Source: Dickeya dadantii NCPPB 898
Lineage (GTDB): Bacteria > Pseudomonadota > Gammaproteobacteria > Enterobacterales > Enterobacteriaceae
DNA: 32,000 nt
Direction: 5' to 3'
Assembly (NCBI RefSeq): GCF_000406145.1
Contig: NZ_CM001976.1
Span: 807,260 to 839,259, forward strand
The notes beneath the pieces are model-generated. The model saw only the letters and a list, made by a program, of their open reading frames with translations, was not told the origin of the DNA and ran no database searches. Shown one piece after another: positions 8,989-19,808 of the stretch. The stretch's first letter is position 1. The number at the start of each line of letters is the position of its first letter. Both the position numbers and the translations under genes were made by a program.

Positions 8989-9393
8989 GGGAAACATTTT
9001 TCCGAGCGCTCCCGTTTTCTGAAAGGATTCAGACTGCCAGAACAACAACAGTTTGATGCCACACCGGGCGGCTTGATTCAGCCATTTATGAATAAGATTG
9101 TTTATTGGTGAGTCATCCAGCGCGTTTAAAGAAACAACGGCGGTTATTGTCCGGACAGTATCTGAACGAATACGATCGGTAAGTCCGCATTGATGTGGAA
9201 GAAAAATCATAGGTTAACGATACTTCCCACGACGCGATATTCCATCTTGCTGTGCTATACCCGCATGGTTAGTATCTGGCGCAGCGGTGCCTTGTATTTT
9301 CCCCGGCCTTGTTGTGGCCGGGGTAAGGGAATGATTGAGACGGAAAGGAATAGTACAGTATTTATAAAAAAAATCAGTTAACTGCGTCTGACA

Positions 9394-10176
9394 CTATTCT
9401 TTTACGCTTAAATCAATATCGCCAAAATACCGTTTCTTGATACTGGAAAATTCACCGCTGTTCATTATGTTTTTCAGGCCCTGATTGAGCATCTGCTTTG
9501 TTTCCGTATCGCCTTTGCGTATACCGTATGCTGAACCGATACTGAACAAATCCGCATCGGTTATTTCCGGGCCTTTTAACTCAAAATCCTTACCTTCCGG
9601 GGTTTGCAGGAATCCGAATGTCAGAGCAACCGATGGGCTCAGCGCACCGTCAACCCTCCCGGCATATAAATCTTCGTAAATGGCTTCCTGATCAGGGTAG
9701 GTTATAACGTTAACCCCTTCCGGCAGCCAGTGTTTGTTGGCGTAGGCCTCCTGAATGGTTCCTTGTTGTACCGCTATATTTTTCCCTCGCAGCATGTCGA
9801 CCTGAGGAAGAAGGTTAGCCTCTTTCCTGGCGACAAATCGGGTTGGTATATGAAAAAGATAGTCGCTGAAATCTATCGATTCCTTTCTCTTTTTTGTCAC
9901 GCCAAGTGGTGAAATAACGTCTATTTTTTTGGCGAGAAGGGCCGGGATCTGAGCATCGAATGTGTTTACGATATAGTCACATTTTGCATTTACTGATTTA
10001 CAGATGGCGTCGGTTATATCGATATCAAACCCCGCTGGGTTGCCATATTTATCTCTTTCTTGAAAGGGAGGAAAAGTCAAATCGACGCCAATGCGAATGA
10101 CGTCCTGCTTGGCAAATGCAAACGGTGAAATAGTAAAAATAACAATGAGTTTCAGGAGAGATAATTTTCTGAACAT
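9394..10176 (-). CDS. Periplasmic amino-acid-binding protein (family 3 SBP, ArtJ/HisJ-like), orphan
   Basis: ATG at 10176 follows AAGAGG. The signal peptide is MFRKLSLLKLIVIFTISPFAFA. GFDIDITDAIC and the rest are SBP_bac_3-like. No permease or ATPase gene is adjacent. Confidence 0.8.
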   Translation of the reverse strand: MFRKLSLLKLIVIFTISPFAFAKQDVIRIGVDLTFPPFQERDKYGNPAGFDIDITDAICKSVNAKCDYIVNTFDAQIPALLAKKIDVISPLGVTKKRKESIDFSDYLFHIPTRFVARKEANLLPQVDMLRGKNIAVQQGTIQEAYANKHWLPEGVNVITYPDQEAIYEDLYAGRVDGALSPSVALTFGFLQTPEGKDFELKGPEITDADLFSIGSAYGIRKGDTETKQMLNQGLKNIMNSGEFSSIKKRYFGDIDLSVKE

Positions 10177-10666
10177 ATGCAATAAAACCTCTTTTAACCG
10201 TATAAAAATGAATGTAAATATTTCGGTATCCATATCATTACCCGTAGAAGGAAATGAGCTGATACTGCGTTGGCTTGCCCTCTTAATTTGGACATAACAA
10301 GGCCATATTTCCGGAGCGTATGCAGCACCGCGTCTATCGCGGTTGTTAGTGAAGACAGGCAATACGCCAGACATTGCATTATCACTCAGCCCCACATCCG
10401 GAAAACGGACGTTAAGTTATCGTGAAATAATAACAAAATGTTATTATTTTATTTGCAGAGTGTAAGAGTTATGAATATCTATGTGCGGTAAGACGAAAGG
10501 ACTGCTTTTGCATTGTGAATCACTGGGCGGGTGTGTTGTTGGACGCGCAATCCATAGAGAGCAGATGACGGCACGCCACGAGCTAATCCTCGTGGCGGAA
10601 TGATGCTGTCGTCACGATCAACGTAATCTGAATCATCTTGATATCACTCAGGTATACCCGATCAGG

Positions 10667-11302
10667 CTATCGTGAGCTGATGCCGGGTGCCTGATTAACA
10701 AATTCGGGGTTCGAGATTTGATCGAACATAAATAGGGCAACGTCCTGACGAGAGACCGTCTGCGAATGTGTTGTGCGTCCATACAGCCCGACATTCAGGC
10801 GGTTTGACGCGGGCGTGTTTTTCAGGAATGGCACACGGACCATCGTCCAGTCCAGCTCTGAAGCGCGTATCGTGTTTGCCAATCCGATAATGTCCTGAAA
10901 GGAGCCGGGCATCGCAAACCGGATAAGTAATGCCGGGAACCTGATTTTTAGATCAAATCTGTCTTCAGGATCTGGGGCTGTACCGGTTGATACGGCAATC
11001 AGGCGCTTTACGCCTTCCTGCTTTATTACCGCAGTGATGGCGCTCATGGCGGCGGTAATCGGCAAGTTTTTGGGGTGTTTTAGTGAAGTCGGGCCGAGTG
11101 CCGACAACACCGCGTCAGCACCCGAAATAGCCTCTCTTAGACGCTCTCTGTCGGTGAGTTCTCCGTGTATGACTCGTACGTTGGCGTTTTCAAATGGGCT
11201 GTTCGGTCGGGCAAAGACCGTCATATCCATGCCGCGCGTTAATCCTTCATCAATCAGATAGCTGCCGGTTTTTCCGGTTGCACCGAAAAGGGTTATTTTC
11301 AT
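10667..11302 (-). CDS. NAD(P)H-binding (NmrA/BVR-B-like atypical SDR) oxidoreductase
   Basis: ATG at 11302. MKITLFGATGKTGSYL carries a Rossmann GxxGxxG motif. Length is 211 aa. Confidence 0.8.
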   Translation of the reverse strand: MKITLFGATGKTGSYLIDEGLTRGMDMTVFARPNSPFENANVRVIHGELTDRERLREAISGADAVLSALGPTSLKHPKNLPITAAMSAITAVIKQEGVKRLIAVSTGTAPDPEDRFDLKIRFPALLIRFAMPGSFQDIIGLANTIRASELDWTMVRVPFLKNTPASNRLNVGLYGRTTHSQTVSRQDVALFMFDQISNPEFVNQAPGISSR

Positions 11303-11358
11303 GTTAAACCTCGGGGAAATGGAAGGTATGTTGCCGGTGGAACGGCCGGGTCTTTTAG

Positions 11359-11766
11359 TTAACGAAGTGCCTGGATTGCTATTGCAACAGGTGCGTAGGG
11401 CGATGAAGGTTCCCGAGCAACGTTTTGTGTCGCGAAAGAGGCTGCCAGAAGGATGAGCCCTACGGCTGCCGGAATAGCGCCTTTGGATTTGTGAACACCA
11501 AGGTGTGCGAGTCCGGATAAAATCAGGTGATACAAGATGCCGGCATACGCAAGATCGCCGAGTGCCACATTGAAGCGTGACAGAATTGCAATCGGGCCCA
11601 GTACTTTTACCACGATCATGAAGGGAACGAGGTTGGAAGCGGAGTAGCCCAGCTCTGCCTGTATCTTTCGAACATCGGCGCTCTTCGTGACATATAGCGC
11701 GGCTGAAGTGAAATAGAGCAGAGAGAGTAGAACGGTACTGATCCAATAGGTATAGGTAGCGGCCAT
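11359..11766 (-). CDS. DoxX-family membrane protein
   Basis: ATG at 11766. The 135-aa product has four hydrophobic segments and sits upstream of the NAD(P)H oxidoreductase, divergent from the HxlR gene. Confidence 0.65.
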   Translation of the reverse strand: MAATYTYWISTVLLSLLYFTSAALYVTKSADVRKIQAELGYSASNLVPFMIVVKVLGPIAILSRFNVALGDLAYAGILYHLILSGLAHLGVHKSKGAIPAAVGLILLAASFATQNVAREPSSPYAPVAIAIQALR

Positions 11767-11846
11767 AAGGTTCTCACATTCATGTTTGGGATGCGACAGT
11801 GGCAAGAATGTCGTCTAAGATGATAATTCGCAAGTAGGATGAAAAA

Positions 11847-12233
11847 ATGGTGATAAGTATGGAAAACCATACTAATGAAGATGATGAGATCAATATGCAC
11901 GAAGAAATGCGTCGGGCATTCGCGTTGCTCTCGGGTAAATGGAAGCTGGAGATCATGTGGTTGCTCAGTCAGCGAATCTACCGTTTTGGTGAATTGCGCA
12001 AAGCCATTCCCGGTATTACGCAGCACATGCTGACGGCTCAGCTTCGTGAACTGGAAGCGGATGGGTTGGTATCACGCACAGTCTTCGCAGAAGTACCGCC
12101 GCGCGTCGAATATGAAATCACCCAGAAGGCTCGCGGACTGGGGCCAACGATGGAGGCGTTGACGGCGTGGTGGCAGGTGTATGGCGGCACGATACCGAAG
12201 CGGCCGACCGCGCGCGGGCGCAAGGCTAAATAG
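11847..12233 (+). CDS. HxlR-family winged-helix transcriptional regulator
   Basis: LSGKWKLEIMWLL…RFGELRKAIPGITQHMLTAQLRELEADGLV…PPRVEYEIT is the HxlR signature. AGGA precedes the ATG. Confidence 0.85.
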   Translation: MVISMENHTNEDDEINMHEEMRRAFALLSGKWKLEIMWLLSQRIYRFGELRKAIPGITQHMLTAQLRELEADGLVSRTVFAEVPPRVEYEITQKARGLGPTMEALTAWWQVYGGTIPKRPTARGRKAK

Positions 12234-12396
12234 AACCGGGGGTAAGAGCAGAGGCGACCTTCCCCCATGAGCCTGCCAGCGTAGATAGCTGCGTGTCGGA
12301 GGATGGGCCTGCAACAGATACAGAAGACGGGTTGGTTAAGCCAGTGTATTGCTCATGCTTTTCATTACAATGGCTTAGGCAAATGGTACAGGGCCT

Positions 12397-12421
12397 GAGC
12401 GTGAAATGTTGTTTCACGCTC
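12397..12421. terminator. Hairpin between the convergent HxlR and SDR genes
   Basis: GAGCGTGAAA-tgttg-TTTCACGCTC forms a 10-bp stem. There is no clear U-tract. Confidence 0.35.
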
Positions 12422-12439
12422 AAGCCAACAAGGCGAGGA

Positions 12440-13255
12440 TTAGCGGTGTTGGGTTCCGACGCCCACATCTCCCCACGCTTCCCAGGTCTTGAGCCGCTCG
12501 GCATAGACATACGGGATAACCTGGCTGGCAAGCGGACCAAAGAAGATCCGCAGCGGCGGGTCGTCGGCATCGACCACTTTCAGCAGCGCCGGGCCGACGA
12601 TATCGGGATCGGCGATCGGCATAGCGGAGAAACTGGCGTTAAACGCATCATGCACCCCGCTGTAAGATTCCAGCGGTGAGGCATACACCGCAGAAGCGGA
12701 AAAGTCGGTGCTGAACGGGCCGGGTTCGACAATCGTCACTTTAATGCCGAAGGCGGCGACCTCCTGGGATAACGCGTCGGCAAAGGCTTCGACAGACGCT
12801 TTAGACGCGCTGTAGATGCCGGTTGTCGGGAAGGAGGCGAGGCCGAGCAGGCTGGATAACATGATGATATGGCCGCTGCCCTGAGCGCGCAGGTAGGGCA
12901 ACGCTGCCTGCGTTACCCACAGCGTACCCAGCACGTTGGTCTCGAATTGGGTGCGTACCTCTTGTTCACTCATCTCTTCAATCATGCCGAAAACGCCATA
13001 ACCGGCATTGTTGACGACGACATCCAGCCGCCCGAAGTGCGCGTGCGCCTGACTGACGGCGTCGGTTACGGCCGACTTATCGGTCACATTCAGCGATAAC
13101 GGTAAAATCGCGCTGCCATGAGCCGCAACCAGATCGGCCAATGAATCGGTAGTGCGCGCGGTGGCGGCAACTTTATCGCCACGCTGCAGTGCCGCCTCAA
13201 CAAAACGACGGCCGAAACCGCGAGAGGCGCCGGTGATAAACCAAATTTTACTCAT
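12440..13255 (-). CDS. Short-chain dehydrogenase/reductase (classical SDR)
   Basis: ATG at 13255. Motifs are TGASRGFG, NNAG and YSASK. Confidence 0.85.
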   Translation of the reverse strand: MSKIWFITGASRGFGRRFVEAALQRGDKVAATARTTDSLADLVAAHGSAILPLSLNVTDKSAVTDAVSQAHAHFGRLDVVVNNAGYGVFGMIEEMSEQEVRTQFETNVLGTLWVTQAALPYLRAQGSGHIIMLSSLLGLASFPTTGIYSASKASVEAFADALSQEVAAFGIKVTIVEPGPFSTDFSASAVYASPLESYSGVHDAFNASFSAMPIADPDIVGPALLKVVDADDPPLRIFFGPLASQVIPYVYAERLKTWEAWGDVGVGTQHR

Positions 13256-13355
13256 AGAAATCCCCTTGATGTTGACCTGGTGATGACTTGATAACGCCTG
13301 GCGGAGCACGTTGTGTCAGCGCTCCGCCTGATGAATGCCTGCCCAGGCGATCCTC

Positions 13356-14642
13356 TTACTCCGCGTCCCAACGGCGAAACAGCACGCTGGCGTTCACTCC
13401 GCCGAACCCAAATCCATTCGACAAGGCATACTGCATCGGCATTGCCCGCGCGGATGTCGCCACCAGGTTAAGGTTGCTGGCTAACTCATCGGGATGAGTA
13501 AGGTTGAGGGTCGGGGGAGCAATTTGATCGCGCAGCGCCAGAACCGTGAAAATGGCCTCGATGCCGCCGGCCGCTCCCAGTAAATGACCGGTACTGGATT
13601 TGGTTGATGTGATCGCGACGTTGGAGTCGGTTCCGAACACAGCCCGAATCGCGCTCAGCTCTCCCCGATCGCCGACCGGAGTGGAGGTAGCATGTGCGTT
13701 GATGTGCTGAACCTCGCCGGGGGCGATGCCGGCTTGTCGTAGTGCTTGCTGCATCGCGTACTGAGCGCCGTTGCCATCTTCCGGACCAGCCGTCAGGTGG
13801 TGGGCATCGGCACTGGTACCGTAGCCGACCAGCTCCGCCAGCGGGCGAGCGCCGCGCGCCAGTGCATGGTCGAGGGACTCGATGACCAGCAGCCCGGCGC
13901 CTTCGGCCATCACAAAACCATCCCGATCCCTGTCAAAGGGGCGAGAAGCTTCCTGAGGGCGATCGTTGAATGCGGTTGACAGCGCCCGAGCCGCTGCAAA
14001 GCATCCGAGTGAGACGCGATGTAGCGCCGCCTCGGTGCCGCCGCATAAGGCGATGTCCGCTTCGCCACTGCGTATCAGCCGTGCCGCATCGCCGATAGCC
14101 TGCACACCTGCGGCGCAGGCGGTGACCGGCGCACCAATCGGCCCTTTGAAGCCATGTGCGATAGAAACATGGCCCGCCGCCATGTTGGCGAGAAAGGACG
14201 GTGCGCTAAATGGCGACAACCGACGCGGCCCGCGCTCATCGGTGGTACGCACCGCCTCGGCGATGGCGCCAAAACCACCGATACCAGAGGCAATGATCGT
14301 GGCCGTTCGCTGGCGTTGAGATTCTTCGGCTGGGTTCCATCCCGCCTGAGAGAGCGCTTCTTTGGCAGCCATTAACGCAAACTCAATGAAGCGATCCATT
14401 TTCTTGCGTTCTTTGGGCGCAATAACGTCCCCGGCGTCATAACCCGCCAGCGGATCGTCATTGCGATCCGGCACCTGCCCACCGATCAACGTGCCTGTAC
14501 CCTCGGTAATCTCGACAGGTAACGTTCGAATACCTGATTGTCCGGCCAGCAGGCGGGACCATACAGTTTCGCTACCACACCCCAACGGCCCGACGATACC
14601 GGTTCCTGTCACGACAATACGTATAGTGTTTCCCGTACTCAT
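13356..14642 (-). CDS. Beta-ketoacyl-ACP synthase II-like condensing enzyme (FabF paralogue)
   Basis: 428 aa. The active-site Cys context is PVTACAAG. The His motifs are NAHATSTPVGD and STGHLLGAAGG. The C-terminus NGFGFGGVNASVLF is typical of KAS I/II. Confidence 0.85.
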   Translation of the reverse strand: MSTGNTIRIVVTGTGIVGPLGCGSETVWSRLLAGQSGIRTLPVEITEGTGTLIGGQVPDRNDDPLAGYDAGDVIAPKERKKMDRFIEFALMAAKEALSQAGWNPAEESQRQRTATIIASGIGGFGAIAEAVRTTDERGPRRLSPFSAPSFLANMAAGHVSIAHGFKGPIGAPVTACAAGVQAIGDAARLIRSGEADIALCGGTEAALHRVSLGCFAAARALSTAFNDRPQEASRPFDRDRDGFVMAEGAGLLVIESLDHALARGARPLAELVGYGTSADAHHLTAGPEDGNGAQYAMQQALRQAGIAPGEVQHINAHATSTPVGDRGELSAIRAVFGTDSNVAITSTKSSTGHLLGAAGGIEAIFTVLALRDQIAPPTLNLTHPDELASNLNLVATSARAMPMQYALSNGFGFGGVNASVLFRRWDAE

Positions 14643-14687
14643 GGCGTATTTACCTCTAACAGACTGATATTATTGATAAACAGATGT

Positions 14688-15494
14688 TCAATTGAGCCCG
14701 AAGGTTTTGCGTAAACTGGAATCGACCGGTCCGGCAGGCATAAAGCGGCGCAATTTACGTAGCAGAGAGGCTTGCCCCGACGGTGTACGACGCATCTGCC
14801 ACGGTCCCAGCGCGGCATCGACAATCGTGGCGGCCACCCCTTCAGGATCGGGAGCATTTTTGACGCTGTTGACGATGGCGTGTGATGCCAGTCCCCGCTC
14901 GCGATCGTAGCTGTCGAGTTTGGCGCTGGTCTGCGGCGCATTGATATCCAGATTGGTTCGGGTGAAAGACGGTTCCACCAGCGTGACGCGGATACCAAAC
15001 TGGCGTACTTCGTGATCCAGACTTTCCGTTAACCCCTCCACCGCGTGCTTGGAGGCTGAATACAGCCCCATGTACGGCGCCGGGAGGAAACCGAGCACCG
15101 AACTGACATTGACGATCCGCCCGCTACCCTGCGCCCGCATGAGCGGCAGCACCGCCTGTACCGTGCGCAAGATACTGAACACGTTGGTATCGAACAGGGC
15201 GGCCGCTTCCGCCGTCGACGTCTCTTCCACCGCGCCGACTAAGCCCGTTCCCGCGTTATTGATAAGCACATCAATACGTTGAGTTCGCCCAACGATAGAC
15301 TGAATGCCGCGCTGTACGGCGTCGTCGTCACGCACATCCATTTCGATCAGTTCCACACCGGGCAAGGCATTCGCCGTATTGATGTTGCGTACGGTGCCGA
15401 AGACCACACAGCCCTGACTGGCAAATTTCTTTGCTACGGCACGTCCTATGCCTGACGATACGCCGGTAACCACCACAACCTTTTGTTTTGACAT
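14688..15494 (-). CDS. Short-chain dehydrogenase/reductase (classical SDR)
   Basis: ATG at 15494. Motifs are [12 protein letters not shown] and YSASK. Confidence 0.85.
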   Translation of the reverse strand: MSKQKVVVVTGVSSGIGRAVAKKFASQGCVVFGTVRNINTANALPGVELIEMDVRDDDAVQRGIQSIVGRTQRIDVLINNAGTGLVGAVEETSTAEAAALFDTNVFSILRTVQAVLPLMRAQGSGRIVNVSSVLGFLPAPYMGLYSASKHAVEGLTESLDHEVRQFGIRVTLVEPSFTRTNLDINAPQTSAKLDSYDRERGLASHAIVNSVKNAPDPEGVAATIVDAALGPWQMRRTPSGQASLLRKLRRFMPAGPVDSSLRKTFGLN

Positions 15495-15537
15495 AGTAAG
15501 TCCTCTCAAATCAGATAATTAATGGTCAGTAGACAGA

Positions 15538-18500
15538 TCATGCATGACGGACCGCTCTGATCTTGAACCAGATGGAATACATGGCCGGCAGGAACACCAG
15601 CGTCAGGATTGTCCCGGCCAACGTGCCGCCAATCAGTGTGTAGGCCAGCGTTCCCCAGAACACCGAATGGGTGAGCGGGATGAACGCCAGAATTGCCGCC
15701 AGCGCCGTCAGCAGCACCGGTCGGGCTCGCTGTACGGTGGCTTCGACGACTGCACGGAACGGATCCAGTCCCTCCTGTTCGTTGTGGTGGATCTGCCCAA
15801 TCAGTATCAGCGTGTTGCGCATCAGGATCCCTGATAACGCAATCAGGCCAACCAGCGCGTTGATGCCGAACGGTTGCTGGAACAGCAGCAGAGTCGGGAC
15901 CACGCCGATCAAACCCAGCGGACTGGTGGCGAACACCATGACCATCGCCGCAATCGAGCGCACCTGCAGAATGATGATGAGCAGCGTGAGGGCGATCATG
16001 ATCGGGAAAAGCGGCAGCATGGCTTTTGTCGCCTTGGCGGATTCCTCGATCGAGCCGGCCTGTTCGATCCGGTAGCCTGCCGGCAGATGCTCGATGATCG
16101 GTTGCAACTGCGTCATGATGGCGGTGGAAACATCCGGCGGTTGCAGTCCTTCGCCGATGTCGCCGCGAACCGTAATGGTCGGCGTGCGGTCACGACGTCG
16201 CAGGATCGGGTCTTCCATGCGTACATCGACCGACCCCACCTGAGACAGCGGGATGCGCTGCCCGGCGGAACCGACCAGTGTAAAGTCGGCGATCCTGGCG
16301 GGATCAAGGCGGATATCACCCGCCGCACGGCCGACAACCTGCACCGAACGAATATCTTCGCGTACTTCCGTAATCGGTACTCCGCTCAGCAGGAACTGCA
16401 GTTGCAGGGACACCGAGTTGGTGGTCAGCCCTACCGCCTGGAGACGGTCCTGGTTGAGCGTGAAGTGCAAGGTTGGAACACGCGGTCCCCAATCCGTATT
16501 GACGGTGCGCATCATCGGGCTGGCGCGCATCACTGTCCCGACTTCATCGGCGATGGCGCGCAGCTTGTCCGGATCCGGCCCCATGACGCGGTAGGCAACG
16601 GGGAACGGTGACGGCGGGCCAAACACGATCTGAGTGACACGTACCTGCGCCTCCGGCGCTAAGCCGCCGGCTATCGCCTCGCGCAACCTGAACTTGAGGG
16701 TTTCGCGCTCTTTGTCGTTACCGGCCAGCACCACGATTTTGGCGAACGATGGGTCGGGCAATTCAGGCGACATTGCCAGGAAGAAACGCGGCGCACCCTG
16801 GCCGATGTAGGACGTCACGATCTGCGCTTCTTTCTGCTGCGCCAGCCAGGCTTCGACTTTCGCGGTTGCGGTGCTGGTTTGTTCAATCGAGGTGCCATAC
16901 GGCATCTGCACTTCAACAAGCACTTCTGGCCGGTCGGACGTCGGGAAGAACTGCTTCTTGACTGCCCCCATGCCGAGCACCGATACCACGAACAGCGTGA
17001 TGACCGCACCGGCGACGATCCATTTGCGGGCAATGACGAGGCCCAGCACCTGCCGAAAACGGTTGTAGTTACGGGTGTTGTAGATGGCGTCGTGTCCGCC
17101 CTCAACCTTCTTGATATCCGGCAGCATTTTCACCCCCAGATAAGGGGTGAACGCCACCGCCACCACCCAGGAAGCGATCAGCGCGATGCCGACGATCCAG
17201 AACATATTGCTGGTGTATTCACCGGCGGTGGAGCGGGCGAACCCGTTCGGCATGAAACCGATGGCCGTCACCAGCGTACCGGAAAGCATCGGGGCTGCCG
17301 TGTGGCTCCAGGCATAGGCCGACGCTTTGATGCGGCTATAGCCTTCTTCCATTTTCACCACCATCATTTCGATGGCGATGATGGCGTCATCCACCAGCAA
17401 GCCCAGCGCCAGAATCAGCGAGCCCAGCGTGATGCGGTCGAAATTCTTGCCGGTGGCGGCCATGATGACGAACACGGCCGCCAGCGTCAGCGGAACCGCC
17501 GCGGCGACCACGATACCGACGCGCCAGCCCATGCTGAGAAAACACACCACCATCACGACCAGCAAGGCGACGAAGAATTTGACCATGAACTCGTCGACCG
17601 CCGAACTGATGTTGACGGCTTGGTCGGTCACTTTGCTCAAGGTCATGCCCAGGGGAAGCCCTGCGTTGATATTGGTGACTTCCGCTTCAAGCGCCTGGCC
17701 GAGCTTAAGCCCGTTCCAGTCGTCACGCATCACGACGCCCAGCAACAGCGTCGGTTCACCGTTGCTGCGGACCATGAAGGTCGAGGGGTCTTCATAACCG
17801 CGCTCGACGGTTGCCACATCCGATAACTTCAGCGTCCGTCCCTGCGCCACGACAGGGGTCTGGCGGATTTTCTCCAGGTTATCGAACGCGCCGTCGACGC
17901 GCACAAACACCTGCGGCCCTTTGGTCTCGATGGAGCCGGCCGGGGTCAGTACGTTCTGGTTATTGAGCGCAGCGAAGATATCCTGCGGTGTGACGCCAAG
18001 CGTAGCCAGGCGGTCGTGGGAGAACGAAACGAAAATGCGTTCAGGCTGCTCGCCAATGATATTGACCTTTTTCACCCCGGGAACGTGCAGCAGTTGCTGG
18101 CGCAATGCTTCCGCATCCCGCACCAGCAGGCGCTGCGGTTCGCCTTTGGCTTTGAGCGCAAACAGCGCGAACGTCACGTCGGCATATTCGTCGTTGATGA
18201 TGGGGCCGACGACGCCGGCAGGCAATTTTTTGGCTTCATCTCCCATCTTCTTACGGGCCTGATAAAACTCCTCCTGAACCTCCGAAGGCGGCGCGCTGTC
18301 AAGCAGAGAAAGCATGGTGACAGCCAGGCCGGGGCGGGTGTAAGTTTCCGCACGGTCGTACCAACGCAGCTCCTGCAGGCGTTTTTCCAGCGGTTCGGCG
18401 ACCTGATCCTGCATCTCCTGCGCCGTCGCTCCCGGCCAGGCGGTGATGATCGTCATCTGCTTGATGGTAAACGGCGGATCTTCGGCACGTCCGAGCTGAA

Positions 18501-18603
18501 AAAACGCGAGGATACCGGCGACGGAGATCAGGAAAATCAGGAACAATGTGATGGCGCGTTCGTGTACCGCGAGCGCCGACAGATTGAAACGGCTTTCACT
18601 CAC
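15538..18603 (-). CDS. RND efflux transporter, inner-membrane permease subunit
   Basis: 1021 aa with a 12-TM AcrB-like layout. The GTG start overlaps the MFP stop (GTGA). Confidence 0.9.
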   Translation of the reverse strand: MSESRFNLSALAVHERAITLFLIFLISVAGILAFFQLGRAEDPPFTIKQMTIITAWPGATAQEMQDQVAEPLEKRLQELRWYDRAETYTRPGLAVTMLSLLDSAPPSEVQEEFYQARKKMGDEAKKLPAGVVGPIINDEYADVTFALFALKAKGEPQRLLVRDAEALRQQLLHVPGVKKVNIIGEQPERIFVSFSHDRLATLGVTPQDIFAALNNQNVLTPAGSIETKGPQVFVRVDGAFDNLEKIRQTPVVAQGRTLKLSDVATVERGYEDPSTFMVRSNGEPTLLLGVVMRDDWNGLKLGQALEAEVTNINAGLPLGMTLSKVTDQAVNISSAVDEFMVKFFVALLVVMVVCFLSMGWRVGIVVAAAVPLTLAAVFVIMAATGKNFDRITLGSLILALGLLVDDAIIAIEMMVVKMEEGYSRIKASAYAWSHTAAPMLSGTLVTAIGFMPNGFARSTAGEYTSNMFWIVGIALIASWVVAVAFTPYLGVKMLPDIKKVEGGHDAIYNTRNYNRFRQVLGLVIARKWIVAGAVITLFVVSVLGMGAVKKQFFPTSDRPEVLVEVQMPYGTSIEQTSTATAKVEAWLAQQKEAQIVTSYIGQGAPRFFLAMSPELPDPSFAKIVVLAGNDKERETLKFRLREAIAGGLAPEAQVRVTQIVFGPPSPFPVAYRVMGPDPDKLRAIADEVGTVMRASPMMRTVNTDWGPRVPTLHFTLNQDRLQAVGLTTNSVSLQLQFLLSGVPITEVREDIRSVQVVGRAAGDIRLDPARIADFTLVGSAGQRIPLSQVGSVDVRMEDPILRRRDRTPTITVRGDIGEGLQPPDVSTAIMTQLQPIIEHLPAGYRIEQAGSIEESAKATKAMLPLFPIMIALTLLIIILQVRSIAAMVMVFATSPLGLIGVVPTLLLFQQPFGINALVGLIALSGILMRNTLILIGQIHHNEQEGLDPFRAVVEATVQRARPVLLTALAAILAFIPLTHSVFWGTLAYTLIGGTLAGTILTLVFLPAMYSIWFKIRAVRHA

Positions 18604-19715
18604 GGGCGACCTCCCGCAGCAGCAGTCGTGGCGGCAACGTCAGCGACCCGCACCGCTTCGCCTTCGCGCAGCAGATGTGCGCCGAGCGCGACGATCTGCT
18701 CGCCTTGCTGTATCTGTCCGGTGACGCGTGCAGTGTCGTCGCTCATGTTCTGAATGGTGACCGGGCGCCAGGTTACCGTTGCCGGTTCGCCGTGAATCAC
18801 CCACACGCCCGGCCCTTTGCCGGCGTCAAACAAGGCGGCCAGCGGCACTTGCAGGCTTCCCTGCGTAGCAGATTGCTGGTCGGGGATACGGATCATCACC
18901 GTGGTTCCCAGCGGTGCATTGGCCAGCTCGCCTTGCAGTACATAACGCGCCTCGAATGTGCGCGTCAGCTTGTCTGCCGTGTTGGAGAGTTGTCGCAGGG
19001 TGGCCGGACTGCCGGTGCCTGCCTGACCAAAACGTGTTGCCAGCCCGGTTGAACCGAGCGCGGGGCGCAGTGTTTCCGGTAGCTGGATAATCGCTTCGCG
19101 TTGTCCGGCCTGAGCCAAACGTACGACGGTTTGCCCGGCGCTGACCACCTGGCCCGGTTCGGCCAGCGTGTCCATGACGATGCCATCACCATCGGCGACT
19201 AATACCGCATAGCGGCTGGCATTCCGGGCCACGTCGGCCTGGGCCTGTGCCGCACTGAGCTGGGCTTTGGCTGCGTCTGCCGCGGCTTTCACCTGGTCGT
19301 AAGCGGATGACGATATCGCGCCGGTTCCTTGCAGGCCGCGGTAGCGGGCCTCATCTTCTGCGGTTTGTAACGCCCGCGCACGGGCGGCGACTACCGCTTC
19401 CTGCTGCGCGCGAGCGGCGAGTTCCAGATCGATGGGGTCAAGGCGCATCAACGGCTGACCACGTTTGACCGCTTGTCCCGTATCGACCAGCCGTTCCAGC
19501 ACTTTGCCGGAGACCCGGAACCCTAAATCACTCTCTATTCTGGCGGCGATCGTTCCGGTGAACGTCCGTGACTCAACTTCTGAGCCCTGTATCGTTGCGG
19601 ATCGTACCAGTGGCGCCTGCGTTCGCGGGTCGGAGGATGTTTTTTCGCCGCAGGCGGCCAGGGCAAACGGCAATGCGCAGATGACTGCAAATGAAAGGAG
19701 GCGGCGACGAGCCAT
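18600..19715 (-). CDS. RND efflux periplasmic adaptor (membrane fusion protein), lipoprotein
   Basis: The lipobox is FALAAC. Coiled-coil Ala/Gln-rich hairpin region. It is translationally coupled to the RND gene. Confidence 0.9.
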   Translation of the reverse strand: MARRRLLSFAVICALPFALAACGEKTSSDPRTQAPLVRSATIQGSEVESRTFTGTIAARIESDLGFRVSGKVLERLVDTGQAVKRGQPLMRLDPIDLELAARAQQEAVVAARARALQTAEDEARYRGLQGTGAISSSAYDQVKAAADAAKAQLSAAQAQADVARNASRYAVLVADGDGIVMDTLAEPGQVVSAGQTVVRLAQAGQREAIIQLPETLRPALGSTGLATRFGQAGTGSPATLRQLSNTADKLTRTFEARYVLQGELANAPLGTTVMIRIPDQQSATQGSLQVPLAALFDAGKGPGVWVIHGEPATVTWRPVTIQNMSDDTARVTGQIQQGEQIVALGAHLLREGEAVRVADVAATTAAAGGRP

Positions 19716-19762
19716 ATGTAGAGTCCCCTTGACGGATTAATCAGGAGACCCATCTTCAATCA

Positions 19763-19788
19763 AGTGACCAATTTAGTCAATAGTCACT
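19763..19788. promoter_or_regulatory. Putative TetR operator O1 upstream of the MFP-RND operon
   Basis: The site is AGTGACCAATTTAGTCAATAGTCACT, i.e. GTGAC-N14-GTCAC. Its left half is identical (12/12) to the site at 20497. It overlaps a minus-strand TTGACT-N17-GAAGAT promoter-like pair. Confidence 0.55.
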
Positions 19789-19808
19789 ATTTCATGTCCG
19801 CTGCCGAA

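Noticed and set aside
8808-9111. Plus-strand ORFs with YYRVK / VTIGS periodicity
   Set aside because: The periodic peptide is just the translation of the 18-bp tandem DNA repeat. There are no start signals.
9301-9323. CCCCGGCC-ttgttgt-GGCCGGGG hairpin as a terminator
   Set aside because: There is no U-tract on either strand and no adjacent gene end. It is left unassigned.
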